A stretch of DNA of 64,000 bases from Actinomycetota bacterium (GCA_947448865.1 CANFOW010000003.1:1994-65993); one strand, 5' to 3'; positions 37,696-47,185 are shown, counted from the stretch's first letter. Numbers and translations: made by a program. Notes: generated by a model not told the origin, from the sequence alone.

Positions 37696-38670
37696 ATGAA
37701 ACGTTCCGCACAACAGAACGCGTTTGATTCAGCTCCTTGGACTGGTCGAGTGCGCAGTTACGACATCATCAAAGAAGGCTTTATCGCAATTCTTGTTGTG
37801 TCGATTTTAGTTGTGACATTTAGTTTGGTATTCGGTTCGCCAGACGATAAGCAACTGACATTTAAAGGTTGGGCTCAAACAAACCCGACGAATTTTTACG
37901 ACACCACTGTGCAGGAACTTGCCGGCACATCGGGTAGTGCTGGTTATGGTCCTCCTTATAACCATGCAAGTGATGGTCTAAATATTGGTCCCTTGTGGTT
38001 ACAGAAATGGGCTGGCGTTACGCATCCTGTTGACGTTCCCAACGACCTGGTCATCACTCCCCTTTCTTCCACAGTTGTACCTGCTCAAGTGGCTACAGCG
38101 TTAGCAACCTGGAAAGCAGCAACCGCAGATCAGCAAACTGCATGGGCTACTGCATACGACACTGCAATTGCAGCAGTCGAAGGTGACTACACAATTGTGG
38201 ACCCAGGTGATTACGGACCAGTTCCAGCAATTGCACAGGGACTCACCGATGTTGCGAAGAGCGGATCACTTGATGGCTTGTTGCTAGCTGGAGGTAACTT
38301 CTTCTCCACGGATAACACCAAGCAAATCTTGTTCTTTGGAGATGGCGCCTACTTGGATGACGCCGCAACGGCAGCAAACCTGCAAGGCAACACCTGGGGC
38401 ATGATGAATGAAACTGGTCGCTACCCCGGTCAAGCTTGGCTATGGCTGTACTCGCTGTGGTACCAGATTTCACCTTTTACAAATGAAGAGTCCGCTCCTC
38501 TGGGATCAAACGCCGATGCTTACATCATGTTTGTTGTCTTGGGACTTACCGGTGCACTTGCTTTCGCGCCAATCATTCCAGGTCTTCGCTCGATACCACG
38601 GAGAATTCCGTTGCATCGATTGATCTGGAAGAACTACTACCGCGAGGAAAACATTCCGCGTCGTAAGTAG
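37696..38670 (+). CDS. hypothetical bitopic membrane protein with a large extracytoplasmic domain
   Basis: 324 aa, Cys-free, with one TM helix near each end. It starts 2 nt after the cytochrome b gene and has SD GAAGGTGG. Confidence 0.45.
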   Translation: MKRSAQQNAFDSAPWTGRVRSYDIIKEGFIAILVVSILVVTFSLVFGSPDDKQLTFKGWAQTNPTNFYDTTVQELAGTSGSAGYGPPYNHASDGLNIGPLWLQKWAGVTHPVDVPNDLVITPLSSTVVPAQVATALATWKAATADQQTAWATAYDTAIAAVEGDYTIVDPGDYGPVPAIAQGLTDVAKSGSLDGLLLAGGNFFSTDNTKQILFFGDGAYLDDAATAANLQGNTWGMMNETGRYPGQAWLWLYSLWYQISPFTNEESAPLGSNADAYIMFVVLGLTGALAFAPIIPGLRSIPRRIPLHRLIWKNYYREENIPRRK

Positions 38671-38683
38671 TTTCATCAAGCCA

Positions 38684-38721
38684 CTGTGGGAGTCGTTTCT
38701 AGGGCGTTTCGACTCCCACAG
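38684..38721 (+). terminator. hairpin terminator of the cytochrome b-like operon
   Basis: Perfect 12-bp stem CTGTGGGAGTCG/CGACTCCCACAG followed by TCTTCATTC. Confidence 0.6.
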
Positions 38722-38857
38722 TCTTCATTCAAAACGCCCATTTAAGTTTTATGCATTTGCAATCTGCTCAAGAAAAATAGCGCCAGCGAAAAAATCGCAA
38801 GGCCTTGGTTCATTGCTTTAGGCATAAACACACTCAAATAGAGAGCGCAGCACAGTT

Positions 38858-40195
38858 ATGAACACCTTAAGAAAATCCCAAACTTTAATCGCAGTCGTCT
38901 TCACAGCAATCGGTCTGACACTTGGGGTTGTATCCATGGTGCAAATGCGCAGCGATACGAGCGCGTCGGAATACCCGCGTTGCACATCCGGTCCAACGGG
39001 AGCACCTGGAAGTAACGGAACAAACGGTTCTCCTGGCTCAAGTGGTGCACCTGGAAGTAACGGAACAAACGGCACCAACGGATCTCCGGGCGCGAGTGGC
39101 GCACCGGGAAGTAACGGAACAAACGGCACCAACGGTTCCCCCGGCCCAAGTGGTGCACCTGGAAGTAACGGAACAAACGGCACCAACGGTTCCCCCGGCC
39201 CAAGTGGCGCACCGGGAAGTAACGGAACAAACGGCACCAACGGTTCCCCCGGCCCAAGTGGCGCACCGGGAACTAACGGAAGTAACGGCACTAACGGAGT
39301 AGATGGCGCTGCAGGCACGTGTGATCCGGCAATTTTTGGCGCGCTGACCACTGACTTAATTCCCTCCCTCGATAACACCTTCGTACTAGGTACACCGACG
39401 AAACGTTGGAAGAGTCTGCAACTCGGGCCTGGAACTCTGTTTCTAGAAGACGTAATAACTGGTTTTCAGGCCGGCCTCACTGTGTCCGGTGGAACACTGC
39501 TCATTGACGGAGCTGACTCACTTCGAATTGGAAACATTCGATTGACATCGACAGGAATCGAATCTTTAAATTCTCATGCCGACATCACTATCGGAAACTC
39601 TGGCGACAGCGGATACTTGAGTACGGCGCGTGGAATCAAGTTCCCCGATGGATCAGTTCAGAATTCTGCCATCGCAATCGGTAACACTGGTCCTGCTGGC
39701 CCAACAGGTCCAGCAGGCGCCGACGGCACATTGGCTGGTGACTACGGATCGTTTTTAGACGACACGATTCAAGCAAACAAAGTTGGGGCTAACGAAGCTA
39801 TTCCCGTTTTATTTAACACAATTGATTCGGCATCCGGTGTCTCAAGAAATGCTGACAAGCAATCACAAATTACTTTCAAGCGTGAGGGTGTCTATGACAT
39901 TCAATTTTCAGCACAATTCGACAAACTCGATAGTGGTACCGACGACGTTGATGTGTGGCTCTCAATCAATGGGCGGGCAGTCCCCTATTCAAATACCAGA
40001 ATCACAATGACAGGAAACAATGTGAAGAACGTGGCAGCCTGGAATTTCTTTGTTACCGTGAGAGCCGAAGACTACGTTGAAATCATGTGGTCTTCGGCGG
40101 ACAGAGACATGCGCATATATTCAGAAGGCCCAACAAGCAACCCTGACCGCCCTGGGATTCCTTCAGTAATAGCTACCGTCAATCAGGTTCATTAA
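38858..40195 (+). CDS. membrane-anchored collagen-like (Gly-X-Y) protein with tail-fibre/C1q-like C-terminal region
   Basis: 445 aa with an N-terminal TM helix and 36 uninterrupted GXY triplets. These are followed by DNTFVLGTPTKRWKSLQL, a short second GXY run (GNTGPAGPTGPAGADGTLAG) and a beta-rich C-terminal domain. Confidence 0.75.
   Translation: MNTLRKSQTLIAVVFTAIGLTLGVVSMVQMRSDTSASEYPRCTSGPTGAPGSNGTNGSPGSSGAPGSNGTNGTNGSPGASGAPGSNGTNGTNGSPGPSGAPGSNGTNGTNGSPGPSGAPGSNGTNGTNGSPGPSGAPGTNGSNGTNGVDGAAGTCDPAIFGALTTDLIPSLDNTFVLGTPTKRWKSLQLGPGTLFLEDVITGFQAGLTVSGGTLLIDGADSLRIGNIRLTSTGIESLNSHADITIGNSGDSGYLSTARGIKFPDGSVQNSAIAIGNTGPAGPTGPAGADGTLAGDYGSFLDDTIQANKVGANEAIPVLFNTIDSASGVSRNADKQSQITFKREGVYDIQFSAQFDKLDSGTDDVDVWLSINGRAVPYSNTRITMTGNNVKNVAAWNFFVTVRAEDYVEIMWSSADRDMRIYSEGPTSNPDRPGIPSVIATVNQVH
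38990..39313 (+). repeat. in-frame tandem repeat array (54-nt period) encoding the GXY region
   Basis: Units start at 39044, 39098, 39152, 39206 and 39260. Units 39098 and 39206 are identical (54/54). Unit 39152 differs at two synonymous positions. Confidence 0.85.
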
Positions 40196-40240
40196 GGCAG
40201 AGGCTGCTCCTTCACTGGAGGAACAAACTAGGCTCGCTTT

Positions 40241-40906
40241 ATGAAACTTCAAAAAATTGTGGATCTCTCGCGCGTAATCAATTCGGACACTCAGGTCTAT
40301 CCCGGTGATCCACAACCACGTTTCACTCAATACACAACAATCGAAAATGACGGGTTCAACATCCTCAATATTGAGATGGGCTCACAGTCCGGAACACACG
40401 TCGATGCACCATTTCATTTCGATGCGGATACCGAACGAATCACTGAAGTGTCGCTGGATCATTTTGTCGGGCGTGGAATTGTCGTTGATGTTCGCGGTTT
40501 GCCAGCTCGAAGTGAGCTTACGTGGGAGCTCATCGCGTCTCAGGTTACGCATGGTGAAAGCGGCGACATTGTGCTCCTGCACACCGGTTGGTCCCAGTAC
40601 TACGGCACTGACGAATACTTTAATCATCCGTATCTCACAGCGGATGCGTGTGAGAAATTAATTGCACAAGGAATTCACACATTCGGCATCGATGCCATCA
40701 ACCTGGATGAAACCCCAGACGAAACACACGACGGTGTTGGATTTCCAGTTCACCACTTAATTGCCAAAGTAGGCGGAGTCATTAGCGAAAATCTATGCAA
40801 TCTTCACGACATTGATTTTGCAGATCCACTCATCAGTATCTTGCCCATCAAACTTGATGGCGCTGATGGAGCACCTGTACGTGCTGTCGCCATACAATTC
40901 GAATGA
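40241..40906 (+). CDS. cyclase family protein (kynurenine formamidase-like), second copy
   Basis: 221 aa with QSGTHVDAPFHF motif. Confidence 0.7.
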   Translation: MKLQKIVDLSRVINSDTQVYPGDPQPRFTQYTTIENDGFNILNIEMGSQSGTHVDAPFHFDADTERITEVSLDHFVGRGIVVDVRGLPARSELTWELIASQVTHGESGDIVLLHTGWSQYYGTDEYFNHPYLTADACEKLIAQGIHTFGIDAINLDETPDETHDGVGFPVHHLIAKVGGVISENLCNLHDIDFADPLISILPIKLDGADGAPVRAVAIQFE

Positions 40907-40996
40907 TCCTTAATGCAGTGCTGCATACTATTGATGAGTTAGGGCAAAGGGTTTATGTGACTGTGAACTGAGCGCCCTTGATCCGTATCCTCAGTA

Positions 40997-42397
40997 CTAA
41001 TCAAGGAACGAATCAAACGGTTCGTAACCTGGTGCCACGCGTTCCCATGGAAATGCACTCTCCCACACCTGACCAATGTCTAGCAGCATGGAATCTGTTA
41101 ATCGCGGGCCAGTAACTTGTATTGAGCCCGGTAGCCCGTTGGAATACGACCTCCACGGCAACGACATCGCTGGCAAACCGACAATGTTTTGCATCGCTGT
41201 GGCGTAGACCTCGGGAGGCAATAACCCAGGTGGAACATCGGCGGTAAGGCGACCATCGGCTAACCAGCCCGTTTGAGAAACCGTAGGTGTAACAAGCAAC
41301 GCAGAATCACCGAGTAGTTCATCGACTACGTACACGTATTCGTAGCGTCGACGACGCGCATCAATGTATTCATCAACAGATACCTTGAGACCAGCCGCAA
41401 AAAATTCTTGCGTTGATTGGTCAAGTTCATCAAAGTGTTCCGTTACCCATGCTCGACCTAAGTGCATGATGTGTTCGACGGAACACACATTAAACCAATC
41501 CAAATCAGGATCACCGGTCGCAAACAATGTTCCTGGATCGCGCCATGTCACATCAGCGCCTAATAGTTTTGCAAGTTCATTAACGCCATCTGTGAACACA
41601 GCTTGAACTTCACTCGGAAGAGGGCCAAGATCGCTTGTTCGCTCCATCGCCACAATAGAAAGTTTCGGTAGGTCACGCAGCGTGAAGTCCAATGTCGGAA
41701 ACGCTGCTGGGTCGCCGTGAGTAGGACCTGACATCGTTCGCATCAACAAACGCAAGTCGTTCACCGTTGTTGCAAAAGGACCTTCAGTAGATAAATCAAT
41801 CCATGATTGCGCAGGCCAACGACCGATAACTCCATTCGTGGGCTTCAGACCAATCAGCCCACAAAACGCAGCGGGTACACGAATCGAGCCACCACCATCT
41901 GTTGCTGTCGCAATTGGAACCATTCCCGCTGCCAACGCCGCAGCCGAACCACCACTTGAGCCACCCGGTGACAGTTCAAGGTTCCATGGATTACGCGTGA
42001 TTCCCTGAGCCGCACTTGCTGTGAAGCCTTCAATGGCGAACTCAGGCAACGTACTCTTGCCCACAACAATGGCGCCATGACTTTTTAGTCGCTTCGGGAT
42101 CATGGAGTCTTGAGTCGCTGGCGCAACATTTGCTAATGCAGCACTGCCCTGTTTTGTTTGATGACCAGCAACATCTTCAAGGTCTTTCACAAGAACTGGT
42201 ACACCTGCCAACAACCCACTCCCAGAGTGTGATGCAGCAATCTCCAAAGCCTCGTCAGCACATGTTTCAACCAACAGGTTCAAATCTGGGTTAAGCGCAG
42301 CCATTCTCGCCAGTGCATGCTCAACAACGTGAGTTGCTGAGACCTGTCCTGAAGACACGGCGTGAGCGACTCGCTCAATAGGACCAGGGCGTGTCAT
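40997..42397 (-). CDS. amidase (amidase-signature family)
   Basis: 466 aa with GGSSGGSAAALAAG...ATDGGGSIRVPAAFCGLIGLKPT. Confidence 0.8.
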   Translation of the reverse strand: MTRPGPIERVAHAVSSGQVSATHVVEHALARMAALNPDLNLLVETCADEALEIAASHSGSGLLAGVPVLVKDLEDVAGHQTKQGSAALANVAPATQDSMIPKRLKSHGAIVVGKSTLPEFAIEGFTASAAQGITRNPWNLELSPGGSSGGSAAALAAGMVPIATATDGGGSIRVPAAFCGLIGLKPTNGVIGRWPAQSWIDLSTEGPFATTVNDLRLLMRTMSGPTHGDPAAFPTLDFTLRDLPKLSIVAMERTSDLGPLPSEVQAVFTDGVNELAKLLGADVTWRDPGTLFATGDPDLDWFNVCSVEHIMHLGRAWVTEHFDELDQSTQEFFAAGLKVSVDEYIDARRRRYEYVYVVDELLGDSALLVTPTVSQTGWLADGRLTADVPPGLLPPEVYATAMQNIVGLPAMSLPWRSYSNGLPGSIQVTGPRLTDSMLLDIGQVWESAFPWERVAPGYEPFDSFLD

Positions 42398-42789
42398 GAG
42401 TACGAAGGATCAACACTCAGATGTTCGTGAATACCAAGCCACACGCCGTTCACGTTGTGAAACACAATCGTTTCGCGCTCCCCAGATTCGATGCTGCCAT
42501 CACCATCAGCGAGTTGCGTGCGCACAGAATGCGTAAAAATCGCAACAGAATCCGAAATCACTTGTACATGTTGTAACGAGGATTGGCACCCGAGAACCTT
42601 GAACCCGTCCTGCTCCCATTCGGCCCACACGGATTCGTACTCCGCACGACTCAGGAGCCGGCGATCAAGGTTATGGAATACAAAGCTTGCGTTTTCGTCA
42701 AATGCTGCGAAGTACGCACTGGTGTTATGCGAACCGAAGGCGGCGACTAAGTCAGCCGCCGCCTTCAATACTTCGTCGTGCGTGCTCAA
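42394..42789 (-). CDS. SnoaL/NTF2-like (DUF4440-type) small protein
   Basis: 131 aa with alpha+beta cone-like composition. It has 4-nt overlaps with both neighbours. Confidence 0.4.
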   Translation of the reverse strand: MSTHDEVLKAAADLVAAFGSHNTSAYFAAFDENASFVFHNLDRRLLSRAEYESVWAEWEQDGFKVLGCQSSLQHVQVISDSVAIFTHSVRTQLADGDGSIESGERETIVFHNVNGVWLGIHEHLSVDPSYS

Positions 42790-44225
42790 CGAGCGCTGCC
42801 GGTATTACGCAGCGTGGCATCGCTAGCTTCGATTGCCTTAGTTTCTGCACCTAGGTCGAGGTTCTTAGCAAGAATCAAATAGACAATGCCAGAAACCACT
42901 AGACCGAGAATCCACGAGATGTCGACACCGCTGAGTGCCTTTGCGCCTGGACTTTCGAAATATCCAACGACATAGCAGAACGGAATTTCAACCGCGATAC
43001 CAACAAAGTATGCAATCAAACCACGTCGACCCCACGAGCCATAAATGCCCTTTGAAGTGAACAGGTCTGTGACGGCATACTTACCGTGGCGAACGTAGTA
43101 GAAGTCAATCAAGTTGATTGCTGTCCATGGAGACAACAGGTACAACATGATTGTGAGCGCACCATAAAGCGCAGTAATCGCATTAGTTAAAACAATTCCG
43201 AGAATTAATGCAATAACTGTTAACAGGACGCTGACGTAAATTCGAACCTTGGGACCAGACGCTACTGGTCGCGCAGAGTCCATTGCCGTAACAACAGACA
43301 ACATGCCGCTGTATACGCCCATACCCATCGTTGCAACTAACGCAAGTACTGACACAAGTGCTAATAGCGTTCCAAGTCCAGATACGACCTGGTTTCCTGC
43401 ATCATGGATTCCCACAAGTGCGTCTGCAGCACCGAGCTTGATGGCAAGCCATGCACCGACTGGAATAAGCCACATTGGTGAACCAGCAGCTCCAACGAAG
43501 ACGGAACGGATAACAGAACTTGCTGATGTGCCGCTAGGTAAGTAACGCGTGTAGTCCGACACGTAAGGCGCATACGTGATGTTGTACGAAGCCGCAGTAG
43601 CGAACATTGCCGCAAAGCCTGCGAAGTTGTAACCCAATGTTGTTTCGTCCATTGGTGTACCTGAGATTTTTCCGCTCACAATTCCAAAAGTGAGAAGCAA
43701 CCAACATGGAACAGAAATCCAGAACAAAACAATGAATACCCGATGCACCCAATCGTGACCGTAAATCGCAAGGACGCCAGACATAACAGCGATGACAGTA
43801 GCCACGAGCACAGTGTTCCAACCGAAAATGCCATTCAGTCCGAGCTTGATGATCACTGTGTCAACAACAAGGAAGGCAACGAACGTAAACGTGGTACCGA
43901 TAAGTGGTACTGATACGCCCTTGAAACCAAACTGGGCACGAGATTGGATCATTTGAGGTAGACCCAACTTCGGACCTTGGGCCGCGTGAGCCGCCATGAA
44001 AAGCGTTCCGAACAAAATGCCGGATACGCCAGCAATAACACTCCATACCAAATTCAGTCCGAAAACTGGACCAAGGAAGCCAATTGCGACTGTGAAGGTT
44101 TGGAAGTTACCAAGGAACCAAAACGGGCCTTGTCGCCAGACCTTTCCATGTCGTTCTGACTCTGAAACATAGTCAATGTGGTTACTTTCAATGGCACCGA
44201 GTTTTTGCTTGTCAGCCATGAACAC
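42786..44225 (-). CDS. NCS1-family (purine-cytosine/hydantoin-type) permease
   Basis: 479 aa with 12 predicted helices and N-terminal features WRQGPFWFLGNF typical of CodB-like permeases. Confidence 0.6.
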   Translation of the reverse strand: MFMADKQKLGAIESNHIDYVSESERHGKVWRQGPFWFLGNFQTFTVAIGFLGPVFGLNLVWSVIAGVSGILFGTLFMAAHAAQGPKLGLPQMIQSRAQFGFKGVSVPLIGTTFTFVAFLVVDTVIIKLGLNGIFGWNTVLVATVIAVMSGVLAIYGHDWVHRVFIVLFWISVPCWLLLTFGIVSGKISGTPMDETTLGYNFAGFAAMFATAASYNITYAPYVSDYTRYLPSGTSASSVIRSVFVGAAGSPMWLIPVGAWLAIKLGAADALVGIHDAGNQVVSGLGTLLALVSVLALVATMGMGVYSGMLSVVTAMDSARPVASGPKVRIYVSVLLTVIALILGIVLTNAITALYGALTIMLYLLSPWTAINLIDFYYVRHGKYAVTDLFTSKGIYGSWGRRGLIAYFVGIAVEIPFCYVVGYFESPGAKALSGVDISWILGLVVSGIVYLILAKNLDLGAETKAIEASDATLRNTGSAR

Positions 44226-44351
44226 TCCTTTGTGTCGGGAACCTTGAGCGACAATCTACAACAGGACAATCAGTTGAGTACGGCGAATTGTGACCGACAC
44301 GGAGGAAAAGACTCGCTAATGTGAACCAAAGACATAAGTGGGAGAAAAGTA

Positions 44352-45317
44352 ATGGACCAGCAACTACCCCGAATCACTGATGGCACGATTGTCGGTCAAG
44401 TCGATGCCACTCAGGTGCCGCGATACGCCAGCATTGCAACATTTGCACGTCTACCTCATATAAGCGAAGTCACTCGCGCAGATGTAGCTGTTGTTGGCAT
44501 TCCATTTGATACCGGAGTGAGTTACCGACCAGGTGCACGCTTTGGACCTAGCCATGTCCGCGACTCTTCCCGATTACTTCGTCCTTACAACCCTGCCGTT
44601 TCGAAATCACCGTTTGCGTCGCAGCAAGTAGTTGATGCCGGCGACATCTCGGTGAACCCGTTCAACATCGGTGAAGCGCTGGCCGCCATTGAGCGTGGAG
44701 CACGCGATCTCATGGAACGCGCCGGTCGAATTGTCACGATTGGTGGAGACCACACAATCGCGTTGCCTTTGCTACGTGCCATGCATGCACAACACGGGCC
44801 AATTAGTGTTGTGCACTTTGATGCACACCTTGACACGTGGGATTCCTACTTCGGCGAGGATTACACACACGGAACACCGTTCCGTCGCGCTTCCGAAGAA
44901 GGCTTGATTGATAAAGAAGGTTCGATGCACGTAGGCATCCGTGGTCCTCTCTATGCGATCAGTGACCTTGATGACGACAAAGAGCTTGGTTTCCAAATCA
45001 TTACAAGTCGCGATTTTGAGTACATCGGACTACTTGGAATTATTGACAAAATTAAGCAACGTGTCGGTCAACGCCCGATGTATGTCTCCATTGACATTGA
45101 CGTTTTAGATCCTTCACACGCACCTGGAACAGGGACACCTGAAGCCGGTGGCATGACAAGTCGCGAGTTACTCGAAGTGATTCGTTCATTTGGTGACATG
45201 AATATTGTGGGTGCAGATGTTGTTGAAGTAGCTCCTGCATACGATCATGCTCAGATGACTGGTATCGCTGCTTCGCACGTTGTGTACGACTTACTCAGCG
45301 CTATGGCGCCGAAGTAA
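44352..45317 (+). CDS. ureohydrolase (agmatinase/guanidino-acid hydrolase family)
   Basis: Mn-ligand motifs [18 protein letters not shown] and [19 protein letters not shown]. Confidence 0.75.
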   Translation: MDQQLPRITDGTIVGQVDATQVPRYASIATFARLPHISEVTRADVAVVGIPFDTGVSYRPGARFGPSHVRDSSRLLRPYNPAVSKSPFASQQVVDAGDISVNPFNIGEALAAIERGARDLMERAGRIVTIGGDHTIALPLLRAMHAQHGPISVVHFDAHLDTWDSYFGEDYTHGTPFRRASEEGLIDKEGSMHVGIRGPLYAISDLDDDKELGFQIITSRDFEYIGLLGIIDKIKQRVGQRPMYVSIDIDVLDPSHAPGTGTPEAGGMTSRELLEVIRSFGDMNIVGADVVEVAPAYDHAQMTGIAASHVVYDLLSAMAPK

Positions 45318-45355
45318 CACGCAACGCTAACGCTGCTCAGTTCTAGAATCTACAA

Positions 45356-46273
45356 ATGACTTCCAGATCGCGGACTCGTTCGTCGAATACCTGGAATCGC
45401 TATGGACTGTTGCTGATACCTGGATTTGGCACACTCGTTGTGACAATGGGCGGCGCACTTTTTTGGAACGCAAACATCAGTTTTAATCGCTGGGCTGGCT
45501 ACGAAAATCCTGTGTGGGTTGGCTTACGTAACTATCGATTCTTGTTTCGAAACGAAGACTTTCGAACGGCGGTTTTGCACGCCGTTTACTTTGTTATTCC
45601 ATTCGCAGTTATCCCGACGATTCTCGGACTGTTCATCGCTGCAGTAATCGCGAATTACTTCATTCCACGATTTGGCCAAGGGCTTGGCGCCTTCATGCGT
45701 TCAACGCTGTATTTGCCCCAAGTCGTTCCCGTAGCAATTTCTGGATTGTTATGGCTCGCAATTTTGAGCAACGATGGCGTTTTGAACATGGCACTTAATG
45801 CGTCTGGGCACATAAGTCTTGCACGTGAATGGTTAACAACAGGACGAAGCGCTCAAGTATGGCTTTCCATCATCATGGTGTGGTTGCAACTTGGATACAC
45901 AACCATGATTTTCCTCGCTGGTATGTCGCGAATAGATCCGCGGCTTTATGAAGCTGCCTCACTTGACGGCGCGAACTGGTGGCAGCAATTTAAAGCAGTG
46001 ACCATTGGTCAGCTTCGTCCAGAATTGTTCGTCGTATTTATTGTGACAACTATTGGTGCGCTGAAAGTATTTGCACCCGTGTATTGGACAACTCAAGGTG
46101 GACCACTTGGCTCCACTAACGTTCCCTCACTGTATTCATTCCACGCTTTTTACGGCGGGGACCAAGTGCCATTCGGTGCAACTGTTTCTACTGTCTTCGC
46201 ATTCATTGTTGGAACACTCGCCTACTTGATTGCTCGACTACGCGATCGGTCTGACTCGGAGTCACAATCATGA
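45356..46273 (+). CDS. ABC transporter permease (CUT1/MalF-like)
   Basis: 305 aa with 6 helices and an EAA loop (YEAASLDGANWWQQFKAVTIGQLRP). Confidence 0.75.
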   Translation: MTSRSRTRSSNTWNRYGLLLIPGFGTLVVTMGGALFWNANISFNRWAGYENPVWVGLRNYRFLFRNEDFRTAVLHAVYFVIPFAVIPTILGLFIAAVIANYFIPRFGQGLGAFMRSTLYLPQVVPVAISGLLWLAILSNDGVLNMALNASGHISLAREWLTTGRSAQVWLSIIMVWLQLGYTTMIFLAGMSRIDPRLYEAASLDGANWWQQFKAVTIGQLRPELFVVFIVTTIGALKVFAPVYWTTQGGPLGSTNVPSLYSFHAFYGGDQVPFGATVSTVFAFIVGTLAYLIARLRDRSDSESQS

Positions 46274-47157
46274 GTACGTTGTGGATTCCATCAGCATCAA
46301 CACAACCGGATGTTCAACGTCGCAAGAAGAAGCGACTCGGTTCGTGGCTCCTTGTAATCTTTGCGGTACTCACACTTATTGTGTGGCTGTTTCCACTCTG
46401 GATGAGTGTGACGAGCGCCTTCAAAACGCCCGAAGAAATCGCAACAACGAGTTGGACATCATTACCAACTCACTGGACCCTAGAAAACTTCACACGCTTT
46501 GCGCACGACTCTGACTTTGGACGAAAGCTGCGCAACTCCATCATCATCAGCGGCGGGGCGTGCATCATCTCGCTGATCTTTAGCTTTTTAAATGCCGTTG
46601 CATTAGGTGTCGGTCGCGTTAAGCGCAGTCGAGCGGTGATGACAATTTGCCTGATTGTTTTTGCCATTCCGCAAGAAGCTATCGTCTACCCGACCTACAA
46701 AGTTGCAAAGATTCTCAACGTCTACGGAAACCCCATCGCAGTCATTGTCATTCTGGGAATTATTTACAGTGCATTCGGAACACTGCTACTTGGCGAAGTT
46801 ATGCGCGCATTTCCACGCGAACTGATTGATGCCGCCTTTGTTGACGGAGTCTCGATGCGACACATGATGAGACATGTTGTGTATCCGATTGTGAAACCTA
46901 GCCTCAAAACCCTTGGCATCATGATCTTTATCTGGGACTGGAACGAATACATGATGCCCCTGATTTTGTTGCCAAACAACGACACCCAAACCGTACCTAT
47001 TGCAATTGCCAGCACTTTTAGTCAGCCAGGCTTTGGCGTTGTTCCGGACATAGCCTGGGGAGCAGCTGGGGCTTTACTCAGTAGCGCCCCTACGGTCCTG
47101 CTTTTCTTACTTTTTCAGAGAGTAATTGCCAGAGGCATCACAGTTGGCACAGATTAG
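46270..47157 (+). CDS. ABC transporter permease (CUT1/MalG-like)
   Basis: 295 aa with an EAA-like loop (IDAAFVDGVSMRHMMRHVVYPIVKP). It overlaps the upstream gene by 4 nt. Confidence 0.75.
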   Translation: MSTLWIPSASTQPDVQRRKKKRLGSWLLVIFAVLTLIVWLFPLWMSVTSAFKTPEEIATTSWTSLPTHWTLENFTRFAHDSDFGRKLRNSIIISGGACIISLIFSFLNAVALGVGRVKRSRAVMTICLIVFAIPQEAIVYPTYKVAKILNVYGNPIAVIVILGIIYSAFGTLLLGEVMRAFPRELIDAAFVDGVSMRHMMRHVVYPIVKPSLKTLGIMIFIWDWNEYMMPLILLPNNDTQTVPIAIASTFSQPGFGVVPDIAWGAAGALLSSAPTVLLFLLFQRVIARGITVGTD

Positions 47158-47185
47158 TGCTTACACTGTAAACAGCCCTAAAAGA

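Noticed and set aside
38818-39378. Long antisense and alternative-frame ORFs (186, 121 and 126 aa) across the collagen-repeat region
   Set aside because: They are Pro/Leu/Val or Arg-rich translations of the GXY-coding tandem repeat in other frames. The Gly-X-Y frame continues into a long non-repetitive ORF with a start codon and TM anchor, so these are repeat artefacts.
44226-44351. Possible guanidine or other riboswitch upstream of the ureohydrolase gene (7-bp stem GTGTCGG/CCGACAC enclosing about 55 nt, followed by ACACGGAGGA)
   Set aside because: I could not match the conserved cores of the ykkC, mini-ykkC or ykkC-III classes. The region must also hold two divergent promoters in 127 bp.
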